Positions 36,262 to 36,502 of a DNA stretch of 36,502 nucleotides are shown in pieces. How positions within the stretch are numbered: the first letter of the stretch is position 1; each line of letters opens with the position of its first letter. Origin of the DNA: Octopus bimaculoides (Eukaryota); NCBI RefSeq assembly GCF_001194135.2, contig NC_068982.1:41541290-41577791 (forward strand). Reading direction: 5' to 3'. Position numbers and translations under genes: made by a program. Below the pieces are notes generated by a model. The model saw nothing but the letters and a program-made list of their open reading frames with translations. It did no database searches and was not told the origin of the DNA.

Positions 36262-36502
36262 TAAAAATGAAATAAAACCTGTGCGTGTATGCATAATGAC
36301 ACACCTGAAATACAGCAAAACCTGTTTTAACGCACGAATTCACATTAAAAAAATCTTGCAAACCAAATACAAAAACGAAACACCACTCAAGTTTTCTAAA
36401 TGTCTTACAATTTTTCTAGAAATCTCAAAATGCACGCAGCACACATGCAGACTAAGTTTGACACACCTGTTGCCCACACTTAACACAAGTATCCCGCAAA
36501 AC

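Overview
AT-rich, gap-ridden animal genomic DNA with no host protein-coding exon that I can support. The SINE families and the very dense (TA)n, (TACA)n and (AAT)n microsatellites resemble an Octopus-type cephalopod genome; this is inference from repeat content only. The window is a graveyard of transposable elements. Non-LTR remnants: HERO-like, CRE-like, several R4/Dong-like, L1/Tx1-like and one YADD-type RT piece. Other retroelements: a near full-length degenerate Penelope-like element, two probable solo LTRs and many tRNA-derived SINEs. DNA transposons: a near full-length Tigger (DD32D), a pogo DD35D remnant, and hAT-Tip100 and MULE-like deletion derivatives. Four observations stand out. 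(1) A hammerhead ribozyme with a complete catalytic core at ~2234-2303, inside a directly repeated unit. (2) A hAT end replaced by a perfect 9-bp palindrome of its own target site, as expected from a hairpin-opening footprint. (3) A SINE array whose junctions fall at the same base of the SINE's own head, suggesting self-targeting. (4) R4/Dong-like LINEs inserted with fixed polarity into (AAT)n tracts, which SINE tails appear to supply. All ORFs in the supplied track that span N-runs or microsatellites are artefacts. Coordinates were read by hand, and fuzzy element boundaries are approximate.
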